A stretch of 63,224 nucleotides of DNA, counting the filler, from Octopus bimaculoides (taxonomy: Eukaryota), in assembly GCF_001194135.2 (NCBI RefSeq). It is 4 parts of 4 records of this genome, joined end to end, with 100 filler letters (N's around TTAATTAATTAA, not from the genome) between each part and the next. Parts side by side here need not be neighbours in the genome. Positions count along the whole stretch, not along the records: positions 1 to 29,790 come from NC_069008.1; 3 more parts are not named here. One strand, written 5' to 3'. The notes below the pieces were generated by a model that saw nothing but the letters and a program-made list of their open reading frames with translations, did no database searches and was not told where the DNA came from. The position numbers were made by a program, and so were the translations under genes. Shown here piece by piece: positions 12,540 through 24,149 of this stretch (its first letter is position 1; each line of letters opens with the position of its first letter).

Positions 12540-14357
12540 AACAAAACAGTCAGTGTCACGCACAGTGAGTTACGTCTTACTGTCGATCATTTGCCTTTTC
12601 TTTAGATCAACCAGCAAGGAAAAGTGGGAGAGGAAATCTGCCCTACGTATCGGGTACAGTAGATCGGTAACTAAAATACCTCACTGGAAGCATTGTTCGA
12701 GTCGTATATTCAAGGTGAGAGAAATTTCGACATATGTGGTAAAGGGTGATTTGTTGACCGCTTGCAAGATAGTGGCTGAAGGACAAGGTTTTCTGTGCGT
12801 ATATTTGGCTTGCCAGATACTACAGGCAGCTTCTGAGTCAATCAGGAAGCTCCTCTGGGAAATTCATCTTTGGTAAAAATTGCACCACTTGGAGGGATGA
12901 TACCAGAAACAGTGGCCGTACTTACTGCTCCGTTTGGGCGTTTCCCTAGGTATTATTTGAATGAGGTGGTGTGCATTTCCTTGCCTTGGCACCGAAGTTG
13001 GTATGGTACCAACATACCGATCCATTATTGCCGACGTATTGATATATGGATAGAGATTTAGAGCGGGATCGGCATCTTGCATGTAGGACTGTATTCTTTT
13101 CCAAACGAAGGTTGCGGACTTCCGCTACTAAGTCTTCGATTGTTTTTTTTTTTTTCTGTGGCGCGTNNNNNNNNNNNNNNNNNNNNNNNNNNNNNNNNNN
13201 NNNNNNNNNNNNNNNNNNNNNNNNNNNNNNNNNNNNNNNNNNNNNNNNNNNNNNNNNNNNNNNNNNNNNNNNNNNNNNNNNNNNNNNNNNNNNNNNNNNN
13301 NNNNNNNNNNNNNNNNNNNNNNNNNNNNNNNNNNNNNNNNNNNNNNNNNNNNNNNNNNNNNNNNNNNNNNNNNNNNNNNNNNNNNNNNNNNNNNNNNNNN
13401 NNNNNNNNNNNNNNNNNNNNNNNNNNNNNNNNNNNNNNNNNNNNNNNNNNNNNNNNNNNNNNNNNNNNNNNNNNNNNNNNNNNNNNNNNNNNNNNNNNNN
13501 NNNNNNNNNNNNNNNNNNNNNNNNNNNNNNNNNNNNNTTTTCTCCGCTGACAGGGAATTCCGCCGTAGAATCTCGGCTTTATCAGAAGTATAGCTGGCGT
13601 CCATAGGTGGATTTGTAATTATACCCCTGACTTCACTGGGGAGAGCAGGTGGCAAAAGACTTACCAGAAGATGCAAACGCTGCGTTTCGGACGACACATG
13701 GTTTGCTGCAAAGTAGGATTCCATTTTAGCAACCCAACCGGAAACGTCTCCGGTGAAAATAGGCACAGGTGGATGAGAAACAGCAGCTGTGGAACGTGAG
13801 GCCATTGTTACTTGCCGAGTGTGTGAGTCTGGAGAAAGAAATGTCGCTATGATGCTCGGCATTGCCACGTGAGAAATGTTTTGCGTTTCTCCAACGTCGG
13901 ATTCACCACTTTGGTGAGTATATGTGTGTTTCCATTGTTAGGTTGGCGATGTACTGATTAGGTGTCGGCTGCGTGTAAATGAAGAATAAACACACACTAA
14001 ATATAACAATTTTTATTTTGTTGGAGATGCGTTGCAAGATGTTATGGCATTTTGGCATGTGCCGTTTACTGTGAGAGAGGCGTCGCGACACTACGTGTAG
14101 GGGACTGAAGCACAGAAAAAGAGCTAGCAGTCCTAGCTGTGGGCAGTTGACGAGCTGACTGCCCAAAAGGGAAAAGAGAAAGAGCCCTGTCAGTCGGGCT
14201 CTTTACATGCCTTTCACGACTTCCGTTAAGGGCTGCTGTGTTTTGCGCATGCTTCGTGACTGCCCGCTTCGTCCCTTCCGGGCCTTTTATCTTTAGCCCT
14301 GAGAAATGCCAAGGAGGCACGATGAGTATGCTACAGACAAAACGTCAGATATCTACA
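12540..14357 (-). mobile_element. Truncated Ty3/Gypsy LTR retrotransposon: LTR, PBS, gag and protease
   Basis: Gag N-terminal region (VSHPPVPIFTGD...IITNPP...Y...EILRR) at 13550-13810; WYHTNFGAKARKC knuckle at about 12970-13010; protease-like FLIDSEAAC...ADFLSHFSLLVDL at 12590-12850. PBS-like TGGTGAATCCGACGT at 13908-13894 follows a CACCA LTR end. The LTR 5' boundary is approximate. Confidence 0.8.
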
Positions 14358-14524
14358 TACGCACACTCATGCACGCACACACGCACGCACGCACGCACAC
14401 ACACACACGCACGCACACACACACACACACACGTGAACTAGAACATCAACAACAGCTCTGTCTCTGGAGTCAGAGAATGCAAATCACAACTCAAAAGACG
14501 GACTTAGAATATTTACACGGATTC

Positions 14525-14530
14525 TTTATT
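14525..14530 (-). terminator. Polyadenylation signal of gene B
   Basis: TTTATT on + (AATAAA on -), about 110 nt past the stop codon and homologous to 9088-9093. Confidence 0.7.
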
Positions 14531-14638
14531 AACAGGTAACACTTGACCTATTCGGATCATTGGTGGTGGTCAGCTGGATTGGATGGACGTTAACAACAAC
14601 ATCAGTAGTATCAATGGATATCATGTGCTGGGTTAGTT

Positions 14639-14688
14639 CTACTGCCTCAGGCGGATGAATATGGCCAAGGAATCTGCTAATGCATAAC
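14639..14688 (-). CDS. Gene B terminal coding exon 5 (GYALADSLAIFIRLRQ*)
   Basis: TTACTTGCAG acceptor and TAG at 14641-14639. Spliced CDS is 295+179+164+161+50 = 849 nt, or 282 aa, with no internal stop. Confidence 0.88.
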
Positions 14689-14867
14689 CTGCAAGTAACA
14701 GTAACAACATCAACAACAAAAAGAAATTGAAGCAAATCGTGGAAAATCTTTATACGTGGTCATTCGAATTACTAGAAACACCAGCCGAATCTTTAAATCG
14801 TTGAGTGGGAAACATACAGGAGGGTCATGGTCGGAATGCTTTTAATGATAAATCAGTTGAATCAAAG

Positions 14868-14965
<98 letters not shown>

Positions 14966-14993
14966 TACACACACAAAATAAAATATCACTTAC

Positions 14994-15154
14994 CTTTGTT
15001 CCATACGACTTTCTTGTTTTTATGAGAATAACGGATTGAAGGAGAATGAGCTTTGTAACCAAACGAACAGGAAGGTGGAACCTCATCGATAACCAACCAG
15101 CCATTCGCTGTTGGACATTGACCGCTTTTTGCTATATGGAAGCGACGTATTTCA
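14994..15154 (-). CDS. Gene B coding exon 4 (EIRRFHIAKSGQCPTANGWLVID...PSIRYS...VWNK)
   Basis: AACTCCACAG acceptor and GTAAGT donor, 161 nt, phase 2 to 1. Confidence 0.9.
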
Positions 15155-15644
15155 CTGTGGAGTTAATAAAATTTGGTCGGGTTTCAGAATATGAAAATCT
15201 AAACATTTATGAAATATTTCAACATGTCTGCTATATACAATTGAATCGGTTAATATTTAATTATAATAGGCTTCAGTGTATCATGCTTAATGTGTATATA
15301 CACACAGCCATTAAGCTAATTACTGTAGTATTTTCCCCTGAGATAACATAAACTATGGATTTGCTGCGTTACGAACACAATAAATATCAGAGAGACAGGA
15401 AAACTTGTCCCAGCAGCGGCCAGTGGGAGCGAGAGAAGTAATCTCAGGACATACACTGCAGTAACTGGCCCGCCGAGAACGAGTATACGTTATGTATGAT
15501 ACATAGATATCTATACCAGTTTGTGTTAAAATATGCAGTGACATCTCCAACAGCCATCTATAGATACCCTTCATAACGAAATCTGTCTTACACACTCTCA
15601 CACAGAGACATATGCACAAACACCTACACACACACATACACACA

Positions 15645-15700
<56 letters not shown>

Positions 15701-16045
15701 CACACACACACATACATACACACAACACACACAAACGCGTAGAAATGCACAAATCTAAAAACGCAAAGGCGAAAGTAAAGTCGAGGCATACGATTTAGTA
15801 AATAAACCGACTAAACGCCACAAACATATATATGAACGATGATATTTTCCCGTGTTAAGCATCTTAGCAAAGCGCTAAATAAACATGGAATGAATTCTGC
15901 TCCAGAGAAATAATATAATGGAATATAATAATATTTAAAATGAACAAACGCAAGTAAACAAAGTTATAGTATACATTTTAAGGTGAAAATACATTTTGGT
16001 GCAAAAAAAGAAAAATACAACAACATAAAAGATATACAGACATAC

Positions 16046-16209
16046 CCAAGTCCGTTCATTGAGAAATGAAAGTTGGTGGATGAAGCTAGATCGTTCCAGG
16101 GTGAACTTTTCAAGTTTGCATGAGAGAACCAGCTTTCAAGGGTTGTATTTCGTCCATCAAATATTATGGTTACGACAGCAGCTTGTTTTTTATAAATCAC
16201 CAGTTTCAC
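16046..16209 (-). CDS. Gene B coding exon 3 (VKLVIYKKQAAVVTIIFDGRNTTLESWFS...SSPWNDL...FSMNGL)
   Basis: TTCTTTTACAG acceptor and GTATGT donor, 164 nt, phase 0 to 2. Confidence 0.9.
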
Positions 16210-16230
16210 CTGTAAAAGAAATGAGCCTGT

Positions 16231-16271
<41 letters not shown>

Positions 16272-17911
16272 TTGACACACACACATGTATAAGTATATAT
16301 ATGTGTCATATATGTGACATGAACGAAGTTTCACCTGATGTGCATGGATATTACGGATTGTACTGTAATGATACCGGGTATATAGGCTCAGGAGTGGCTG
16401 TGTGGCAGGGTTCAGTCCCACTGTGTGGAACCTTGGGCAAGTATCTTCTACTACAAGCTGGGGTTGACCAAAGCATTGTGAGAGGAGGATTTGGTACATG
16501 GAAACTGAAAGAAGCCCGTCTTATATATATANNNNNNNNNNNNNNNNNNNNNNNNNNNNNNNNNNNNNNNNNNNNNNNNNNNNNNNNNNNNNNNNNNNNN
16601 NNNNNNNNNNNNNNNNNNNNNNNNNNNNNNNNNNNNNNNNNNNNNNNNNNNNNNNNNNNNNNNNNNNNNNNNNNNNNTGTGTGTGTGTGTGTGTGTGTGT
16701 GAGTGTATGTGTGTGTGTACGTGCGTGTGTGTGTATTTGTGTGTCTGTTTTTGCCCCCCACCATCACTTAACAACCGATGTTGGTGTGTTTACGACGGCG
16801 TAAGTTAGCGGTTCGGCAAAAGAGACCGATAAAAAAGTACTAAGCTTACAAAAAACAGGTTGGGGGTCAATTCGTTCAACTAAAGGCAGTGCTCTAGCAT
16901 GGCCACTATCAAATGGCTGAAGCGAATAAAAGAGTAATGTGGACTAAGTTCGTATGGACTATGCGACTCGCGGAACCGCGCGTAGCGACGGATTAAATAC
17001 TTATAAATCCCATTTATGGATTATTATTACTATAACAATGTTTATCCTACTTTGAATCGGAACCATTGGGCGGCAGCCAACACAATGAAATAGCAACTTT
17101 TATACGCGTACACAAAATAGTGTCCCGTGAACGAACTTATAAGTATCTGCGTGAGTGTGTGTGTGCGTGTACGTAAATGTCGAACAATGAGAAATAAGGA
17201 TTCAAAACCGCATTGTTGTTTAAAATTTCTTCATTTGTGTATTAAGGCTACTATTGGTTTCCTTTAAAGATGAATGTCTTAATATGGTAACGACTTTTTA
17301 AGCCGATTACCTGGAGGGAGGGTGGTCGTCTCCATTGTGGATGAAAACACGAAAAATCTCTGAGAGAAATGTTTCGTGATTGACACATCTAGTAAAGAAA
17401 AAGCAATCAAGGGGCGCTACTCTCTGATGATAACTTTTGAGTGATTATCTCCCTTGGACTTGACTTGTGAGGGAAACTACCATGTTGCAAAGTGAATTTG
17501 CTTGCGTTATATCATATTATATTCTTGGTGTATGTGATGTTCTTATGTTTGTGTACTGATGTAGTTCATCAGAATGAAGGGTATGTATCTCTTATGTGCG
17601 GAGTTCATGTATTGGATATATTCAATGTTCACGCTTCAAGAAAGCAACTATCCTGCTGGGATTCGTGGCGTTGGTGGTGGTTCCTTTTTGAAATGTCGGA
17701 ATCTGAAATATTGCGTGTGTATGCAGCGACAGAAATTTCAACCCTAATATTTAAGATGTTATTTGTTGACTGTATGATATTTAACTTCATATATATATAT
17801 ATATATATCAATAATAATAGGACCCCGGGGAGATGTAGTATCCCATATTTTATAATATTTTATATGTATGAATCGTTCTGGATATTGCATCGAAATGTTC
17901 ATAGGTTATTT

Positions 17912-17951
<40 letters not shown>

Positions 17952-18747
17952 NNNNNNNNNNNNNNNNNNNNNNNNNNNNNNNNNNNNNNNNNNNNNNNNN
18001 NNNNNNNNNNNNNNNNNNNNNNNNNNNNNNNNNNNNNNNNNNNNNNNNNNNNNNNNNNNNNNNNNNNNNNNNNNNNNNNNNNNNNNNNNNNNNNNNNNNN
18101 NNNNNNNNNNNNNNNNNNNNNNNNNNNNNNNNNNNNNNNNNNNNNNNNNNNNNNNNNNNNNNNNNNNNNNNNNNNNNNNNNNNNNNNNNNNNNNNNNNNN
18201 NNNNNNNNNNNNNNNNNNNNNNNNNNNNNNNNNNNNNNNNNNNNNNNNNNNNNNNNNNNNNNNNNNNNNNNNNNNNNNNNNNNNNNNNNNNNNNNNNNNN
18301 NNNNNNNNNNNNNNNNNNNNNNNNNNNNNNNNNNNNNNNNNNNNNNNNNNNNNNNNNNNNNNNNNNNNNNNNNNNNNNNNNNNNNNNNNNNNNNNNNNNN
18401 NNNNNNNNNNNNNNNNNNNNNNNNNNNNNNNNNNNNNNNNNNNNNNNNNNNNNNNNNNNNNNNNNNNNNNNNNNNNNNNNNNNNNNNNNNNNNNNNNNNN
18501 NNNNNNNNNNNNNNNNNNNNNNNNNNNNNNNNNNNNNNNNNNNNNNNNNNNNNNNNNNNNNNNNNNNNNNNNNNNNNNNNNNNNNNNNNNNNNNNNNNNN
18601 NNNNNNNNNNNNNNNNNNNNNNNNNNNNNNNNNNNNNNNNNNNNNNNNNNNNNNNNNNNNNNNNNNNNNNNNNNNNNNNNNNNNNNNNNNNNNNNNNNNN
18701 NNNNNNNNNNNNNNNNNNNNNNNNNNNNNNNNNNNNNNNNNNNNNNN

Positions 18748-18787
<40 letters not shown>

Positions 18788-19010
18788 CACTTAGGAGCGA
18801 TGCACGGTTTCAGAATTTATCGACTCAAGTCAAATATCACAAATCCTCCAAGTCCTTGTTAGATTATCCACGTAAGAGAAGACTGGACCGGCTTACATGA
18901 CTGGTATCAAGTCGTATAATTTGTAATAATGAAGTGAAACAAAAATGGTGGTATTTTCAAATCGTGTTGTTTGTGTGTGTTTGCGTTTGTGTATACATAT
19001 GTATATGTCA

Positions 19011-19072
19011 CTAACCCTAACCCTAACCCTAACCCTAACCCTAACCCTAACCCTAACCCTAAGCCTAACCCT
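19011..19072 (+). repeat. Interstitial telomeric-type (CCCTAA)n array
   Basis: About 10 units of CCCTAA with one GCCTAA variant. Confidence 0.9.
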
Positions 19073-19993
19073 ACTACCTCACAAATGGCTTTCTTGGGTT
19101 TATGTCCCGATAACTTAGCGGCTCGGTCAAAACACTGGATACCAAAGGATTTGTTCAACTAATCCCCTTTAAGGCGGTCCCCTAACACGGCCGCTGTGCA
19201 ATGACTTAAACAGGTAGAAGAACTTCTTCCCCGCAAGATGTGTAGCCAGCTATCCATTAGAGAAAACATTGAAACGTTGAGTTTAGTAGTTAGACATACA
19301 AGACATAACACACCCGACGAAATGTCTTCATAATTCCATTATGTAGAATTTAGGGCGCCAACAACAGATCCAAACAGTCTTGAAATTTGACAATAAATTA
19401 TGGTTGTCCCCAGGTATAGCCGTCTGTTACTTCTTCATTTTCTGTTGAAGTTCTCCATGTTGCTTTCGATCTGTCACGGTTCTGTTTCCCTTGAGATATC
19501 CACTGTTTGGTTTGCCTGGTAATATCAGAAAGAGGTTTCTATTCGGTGTGTCCTAGCTAACCTCAGTTCCTGCACTTGATCTGGGTTCCGATAGGTTTCT
19601 GGCTCACCTGTTCCCATAAGGTTTTGTTTGTTACTCAGTCTTGCATTCTCACAAGAAGAATGACAAAGTAATACAACTTTAAATTCAATTTTTGCCGAGC
19701 TCAATAAAACTTTTACCAATCATGTATCATAAGCTGATTTCATCGATTTTGTTTCCCATTTACTCGTCAAAACCCAAAAGATTTTTTTGTCTATGACAAT
19801 TTTTTCTTATTACTACGGTTTGCCGCGGATAAAATTCTATTCAACACGGTTTAGCCTTCCTCATATAAAATTTTTACAGGTCAAAAATGTCAGAAGCAAT
19901 TGAATTGATCTAAATATATGTTAATCATTATTGTTGTTATTATGAAAATAACAATATGTGTTTGTGTATGCGTGTATGTGTATGAATACATAC

Positions 19994-20172
19994 CTCATCA
20001 ATTGGAAGATAGTTCCAGAAATCAAGAATGGGATGTCGGAAGAAGTTGGGACAAAAGTTCCCTTTGCATTTGACCACTTTCCAGGTTGAAGGACTTTCGA
20101 TATTCATGAATGAATTATAGACTTTCGAACGAGCTCCCATTGATATGGCATATGTTTTAATCCATTGGCTGT
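19994..20172 (-). CDS. Gene B coding exon 2
   Basis: TTTCAG acceptor and GTATGT donor, 179 nt. Only 10 nt differences from gene A exon 2. Confidence 0.9.
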
Positions 20173-20187
20173 CTGAAATAATAATGA

Positions 20188-20241
<54 letters not shown>

Positions 20242-20294
20242 CTTCAAAGCTGAATACCTGAAACATAATTTCGGCCATGAACTCACGCGCAGCC

Positions 20295-20492
20295 ACAGTA
20301 GTTTGGTATGGTGCTAGAATATTGAAGTGAACAGAGGAGGAGAGATAGGAGTTGGACAGGAAGACAAGAAAGCTTCTAATGATGCATGGAGTCCATCATC
20401 CACGTGCAGACACTGATCGTCTCTACACGAAGAGGGCAAATGGAGGAAGGGCGATGATAAGTGTGGAAGACTACGTACGTATCGAACTTCGT
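20295..20492 (+). mobile_element. Truncated copy of the same R4/Dong-like LINE fragment in gene B intron 1
   Basis: LDRKTRKLLMMHGVHHPRADTDRLYTKRANGGR; near-identical inverted match to about 4930-5130. Confidence 0.75.
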
Positions 20493-20604
20493 TTTTTAAG
20501 CATCATCATTATAGATATTTATACTCCTGTGAAATTAACGAATCAACTTGTAAATAAATGAAAACCTCGAATCCATCACTGTAGGCACACACATACGCAC
20601 ACTT

Positions 20605-20645
<41 letters not shown>

Positions 20646-21939
20646 CAAACAGTCGCATATCTCTATATGTATGTATGTACCCACACGTGTCTAATTTTCT
20701 AATTTTCTGTAATAGGTTGATGGTAATAAAAATTTTTGAGGTTTACAGATATGAAAGCTTTGAAAGTTCGTGGATATCAAAGTTTGAAAGTTAATGGGCG
20801 TGTAGAAGGTAATTCTATTTAAATTTATTATTACCTGTATGTTTTAATGAATATTTTCTCATTAAAATCCATACTATAATAATGGATACGAAGCAGAATA
20901 TATAGTGGTGTTTCAAAATAATTATGTGCTCTGAAAACTCCGTAAATGTGCTACGCTCTTATTTTGATAAATTTGAAGTCATTTGCTTAAACACACATTT
21001 CCTTAGTTTTGTAACTATGAAAACTCCGTTATGAGTATTGATGTTACTAGCCAGAGACGAGAAGCATCCAGATCTCATCAACAGTATAGGCTGATCATTA
21101 CTTATAGCTATTATTTGATTTTTGTCATGGATTTATCCTGTGTGTATAAAATATTTAATAAAGTTGTATAATACATAGATATATACAAATATATATATNN
21201 NNNNNNNNNNNNNNNNNNNNNNNNNNNNNNNNNNNNNNNNNNNNNNNNNNNNNNNNNNNNNNNNNNNNNNNNNNNNNNNNNNNNNNNNNNNNNNNNNNNN
21301 NNNNNNNNNNNNNNNNNNNNNNNNNNNNNNNNNNNNNNNNNNNNNNNNNNNNNNNNNNNNNNNNNNNNNNNNNNNNNNNNNNNNNNNNNNNNNNNNNNNN
21401 NNNNNNNNNNNGATATATACATGGGAGAGTATTGTAGTTCGCTTGAAGCATTGTGTATTGTTTGTAAAGAATAAAAAGTTTTGAATGGTACAACAATGCA
21501 CTGTAATACAGACAATGAGCTATATACCTGTTCTAATTTAGTCATCCATAGTCTGATATAATATTTCAGAATAATATTCCTTTTTCAGATATTCTTAGAT
21601 TGAGTTGCTGCTATAATCGGTTTTCCAACGGCTTTACTTTTTTATTATTTTTTTTTTTTTGAAACGTCTCAGCAGTGGTCTCATGAAGCTCCTTCCAGAA
21701 TTCCTCATGAGAATTGCGTGAGGTCGGCCATGTCTCTATCTCTTGTGTGCTGGTACCTCCGTAGTGCTGCTTCTAATTTATGTATTATACGTGCAGCTTC
21801 CTTTTTTCCCTTCTTTTTTATCTCTTTGGTTTTTTTTTTTGGTTTTTTTTTGTTATAAACTACAAATGGGCATATTATCACAAATGAACCTACACACATC
21901 CAGATGTAGCTAAATGATATATTGATTACCAACTTCCCT

Positions 21940-22627
21940 CCTGTTGTTCATTTCGTGTCCTAGTCTGTGTATGAGTATAGCTTCCTTAATTCTTAGATTA
22001 CCCAAATTTCTTTCCTCGGCCTCAATTGTGACTGTTATGCTTTTGTCGGTGTTCCGGCATCTGTCTAGATGTTTTCTGAAGGAGGAGGCTCTCGCGTTCA
22101 GATGTTCTTTGATGCGGACGTGTAACGGTCNNNNNNNNNNTGTTTTCTGAAGGAGGAGGCTCTCGCGTTCAGATGTTCTTTGATGCGGACGTGTAACGGT
22201 CTTGTTGTGCTACCCACATAGAACTTGTTGCATTTGTTACATTGTATTCTATGCACAGCATTTACCCGTTGGCATAAATCTGTGTCACGGATGGGACAAT
22301 TTAATTTGCATTGATTGCTGTCCCTTATTCGTTTCTTTGCGAGGTGTCCTCTCAGAGAGGGGCTGGAGTGGGCTAGTTGTATGTCTAGCTTTCTCTTCTT
22401 ATGGCTCTTCAGATGGCTGTAGTTATCCTCTCGCTAAAACGGGGTATTTTAAGGAAGCATCTGTTGCTGGGTTTTCTATGTGTTCGGCGTGCTGGTCGTC
22501 TTGGGTACTTAAGCCGATTTACAATGGATCTAGGGTACCCGTTGGTTTTCAATATATCTAGGAAGCGTGTGGAGTGGGTCACCCTGTCCTCCATTCTGCT
22601 GCACTTATCCTAGATGTGTGCAAGTTC
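21940..22627 (-). mobile_element. Penelope-like element 3' portion with GIY-YIG endonuclease
   Basis: On -: ILKTNGYPRSIV, then YRIQCNKCNKFYVGSTTRPLHVRIKEH...LRIKEAILI. Confidence 0.85.
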
Positions 22628-23103
22628 NNNNNNNNNNNNNNNNNNNNNNNNNNNNNNNNNNNNNNNNNNNNNNNNNNNNNNNNNNNNNNNNNNNNNNNNN
22701 NNNNNNNNNNNNNNNNNNNNNNNNNNNNNNNNNNNNNNNNNNNNNNNNNNNNNNNNNNNNNNNNNNNNNNNNNNNNNNNNNNNNNNNNNNNNNNNNNNNN
22801 NNNNNNNNNNNNNNNNNNNNNNNNNNNNNNNNNNNNNNNNNNNNNNNNNNNNNNNNNNNNNNNNNNNNNNNNNNNNNNNNNNNNNNNNNNNNNNNNNNNN
22901 NNNNNNNNNNNNNNNNNNNNNNNNNNNNNNNNNNNNNNNNNNNNNNNNNNNNNNNNNNNNNNNNNNNNNNNNNNNNNNNNNNNNNNNNNNNNNNNNNNNN
23001 NNNNNNNNNNNNNNNNNNNNNNNNNNNNNNNNNNNNNNNNNNNNNNNNNNNNNNNNNNNNNNNNNNNNNNNNNNNNNNNNNNNNNNNNNNNNNNNCCTGT
23101 AAA

Positions 23104-23125
23104 ATACTACTACTACTACTACTAC

Positions 23126-23216
<91 letters not shown>

Positions 23217-23271
23217 AAGAAGAAGAAGAAGAAGAAGAAGAAGAAGAAGAAGAAGAAGAAGAAGAAGAAGA
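23104..23271 (+). repeat. Compound (TAC)n(TAA)n(GAA)n microsatellite next to the exon 1 donor of gene B
   Basis: Read directly from the sequence. Confidence 0.95.
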
Positions 23272-23284
23272 ATGCTTCACTTAC

Positions 23285-23579
23285 ATTTATAGAAGGAAAT
23301 CTCGTTGCTGTCATTCGTGCTGACGACTGTCATTATATTTTTCGGTGAGTAATTCTTACAAACATGGCTGACTTTGTGGTAAGTGAAAAATTGCGATTGG
23401 CTCCTCTGAGAGAGTGCGGTGCAGTCGAATAGATTTCGTGTTGAAGAGAATTGTTCTGCTGGAGATGGCTGAAGGTAAGCATAAGAATAACCAGGACCCA
23501 AAGATTTGTAATAGGCCTCAAGTTCCTGATCTGAGGTAACAACCAGAATTGTTGTAAGGGTTAACAGCAGCACTTCCAT
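23285..23579 (-). CDS. Gene B coding exon 1: signal peptide plus PAN/apple-like module (MEVLLLTLTTILVVTS-DQELEAYY...DCTAL...FFTY...VCKNY...ISFYK)
   Basis: ATG at 23579-23577 in a good context (GCTACAATGG) followed by a hydrophobic N-terminus. GTAAGT donor at 23284-23279; 295 nt, ending in phase 1. The PAN-like call rests on the C..., F-x-Y...C spacing and is an inference. Confidence 0.85.
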
Positions 23580-24149
23580 TGTAGCTAGACGGGTAAAATG
23601 AAACTGAGACATTCTTGGGTCTAAGATCACCAGAGGAAGAAAGAAGGGGGAAAGAAATGTCATGAAAGAGAGAAAGAAAGGAGCAGGGAGATATTGGAGA
23701 AGATTCGGCAAAGGGTCAAGGCGAAATTTAATATATAAAGAGAGAACGGAGAAGAGAAAGACAGAGAGGGCAGGAAAGAGTTAGAGAGTATCTGAGAGAA
23801 ATCCTGAAAAAGAAGAAAGAGACACACAATGAGAAGAGGGAAAACGTCTGTGTGTGAGAAGAAGGATGTTTGGAAGATAAAACGAAGAGGAATAAATTAC
23901 AATTTAAAACAGAAAATTTCAAATAAATTAGGGTCATTAGCAAAGCTGCAAGTCCTGGGTATGATTTTAAACTGTATCTTTTACGGGGGGCCCTGGTTGG
24001 GGATTTCCAATGTTTTGAGGAGTTTGGAATCGCTTCTTAGCCACTGCTGTTTGAAAGTCTACAGTGACCAGGAGTAGAAGTACTTGTGAATGTCCCAGCT
24101 GTGGGTTAATTAGTAATTCAGTCGATCGGATGGCGCTCATTAGACATAC

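Noticed and set aside
17492-18862. Long ORF-track entries (456 aa here, also 55006-56094, 10840-11798 and others)
   Set aside because: They are open only because they run through N gaps and microsatellites.
22069-22201. Direct repeat of about 60 bp flanking a 10-N gap in the Penelope element
   Set aside because: Unmerged contig overlap, not a TSD or tandem duplication.
23580-23711. Upstream in-frame extension of the gene B exon 1 ORF (MPNLLQ...)
   Set aside because: It is low-complexity TC-rich sequence with an acceptor-like site just before the ATG at 23579, which has the better context and starts the signal peptide.
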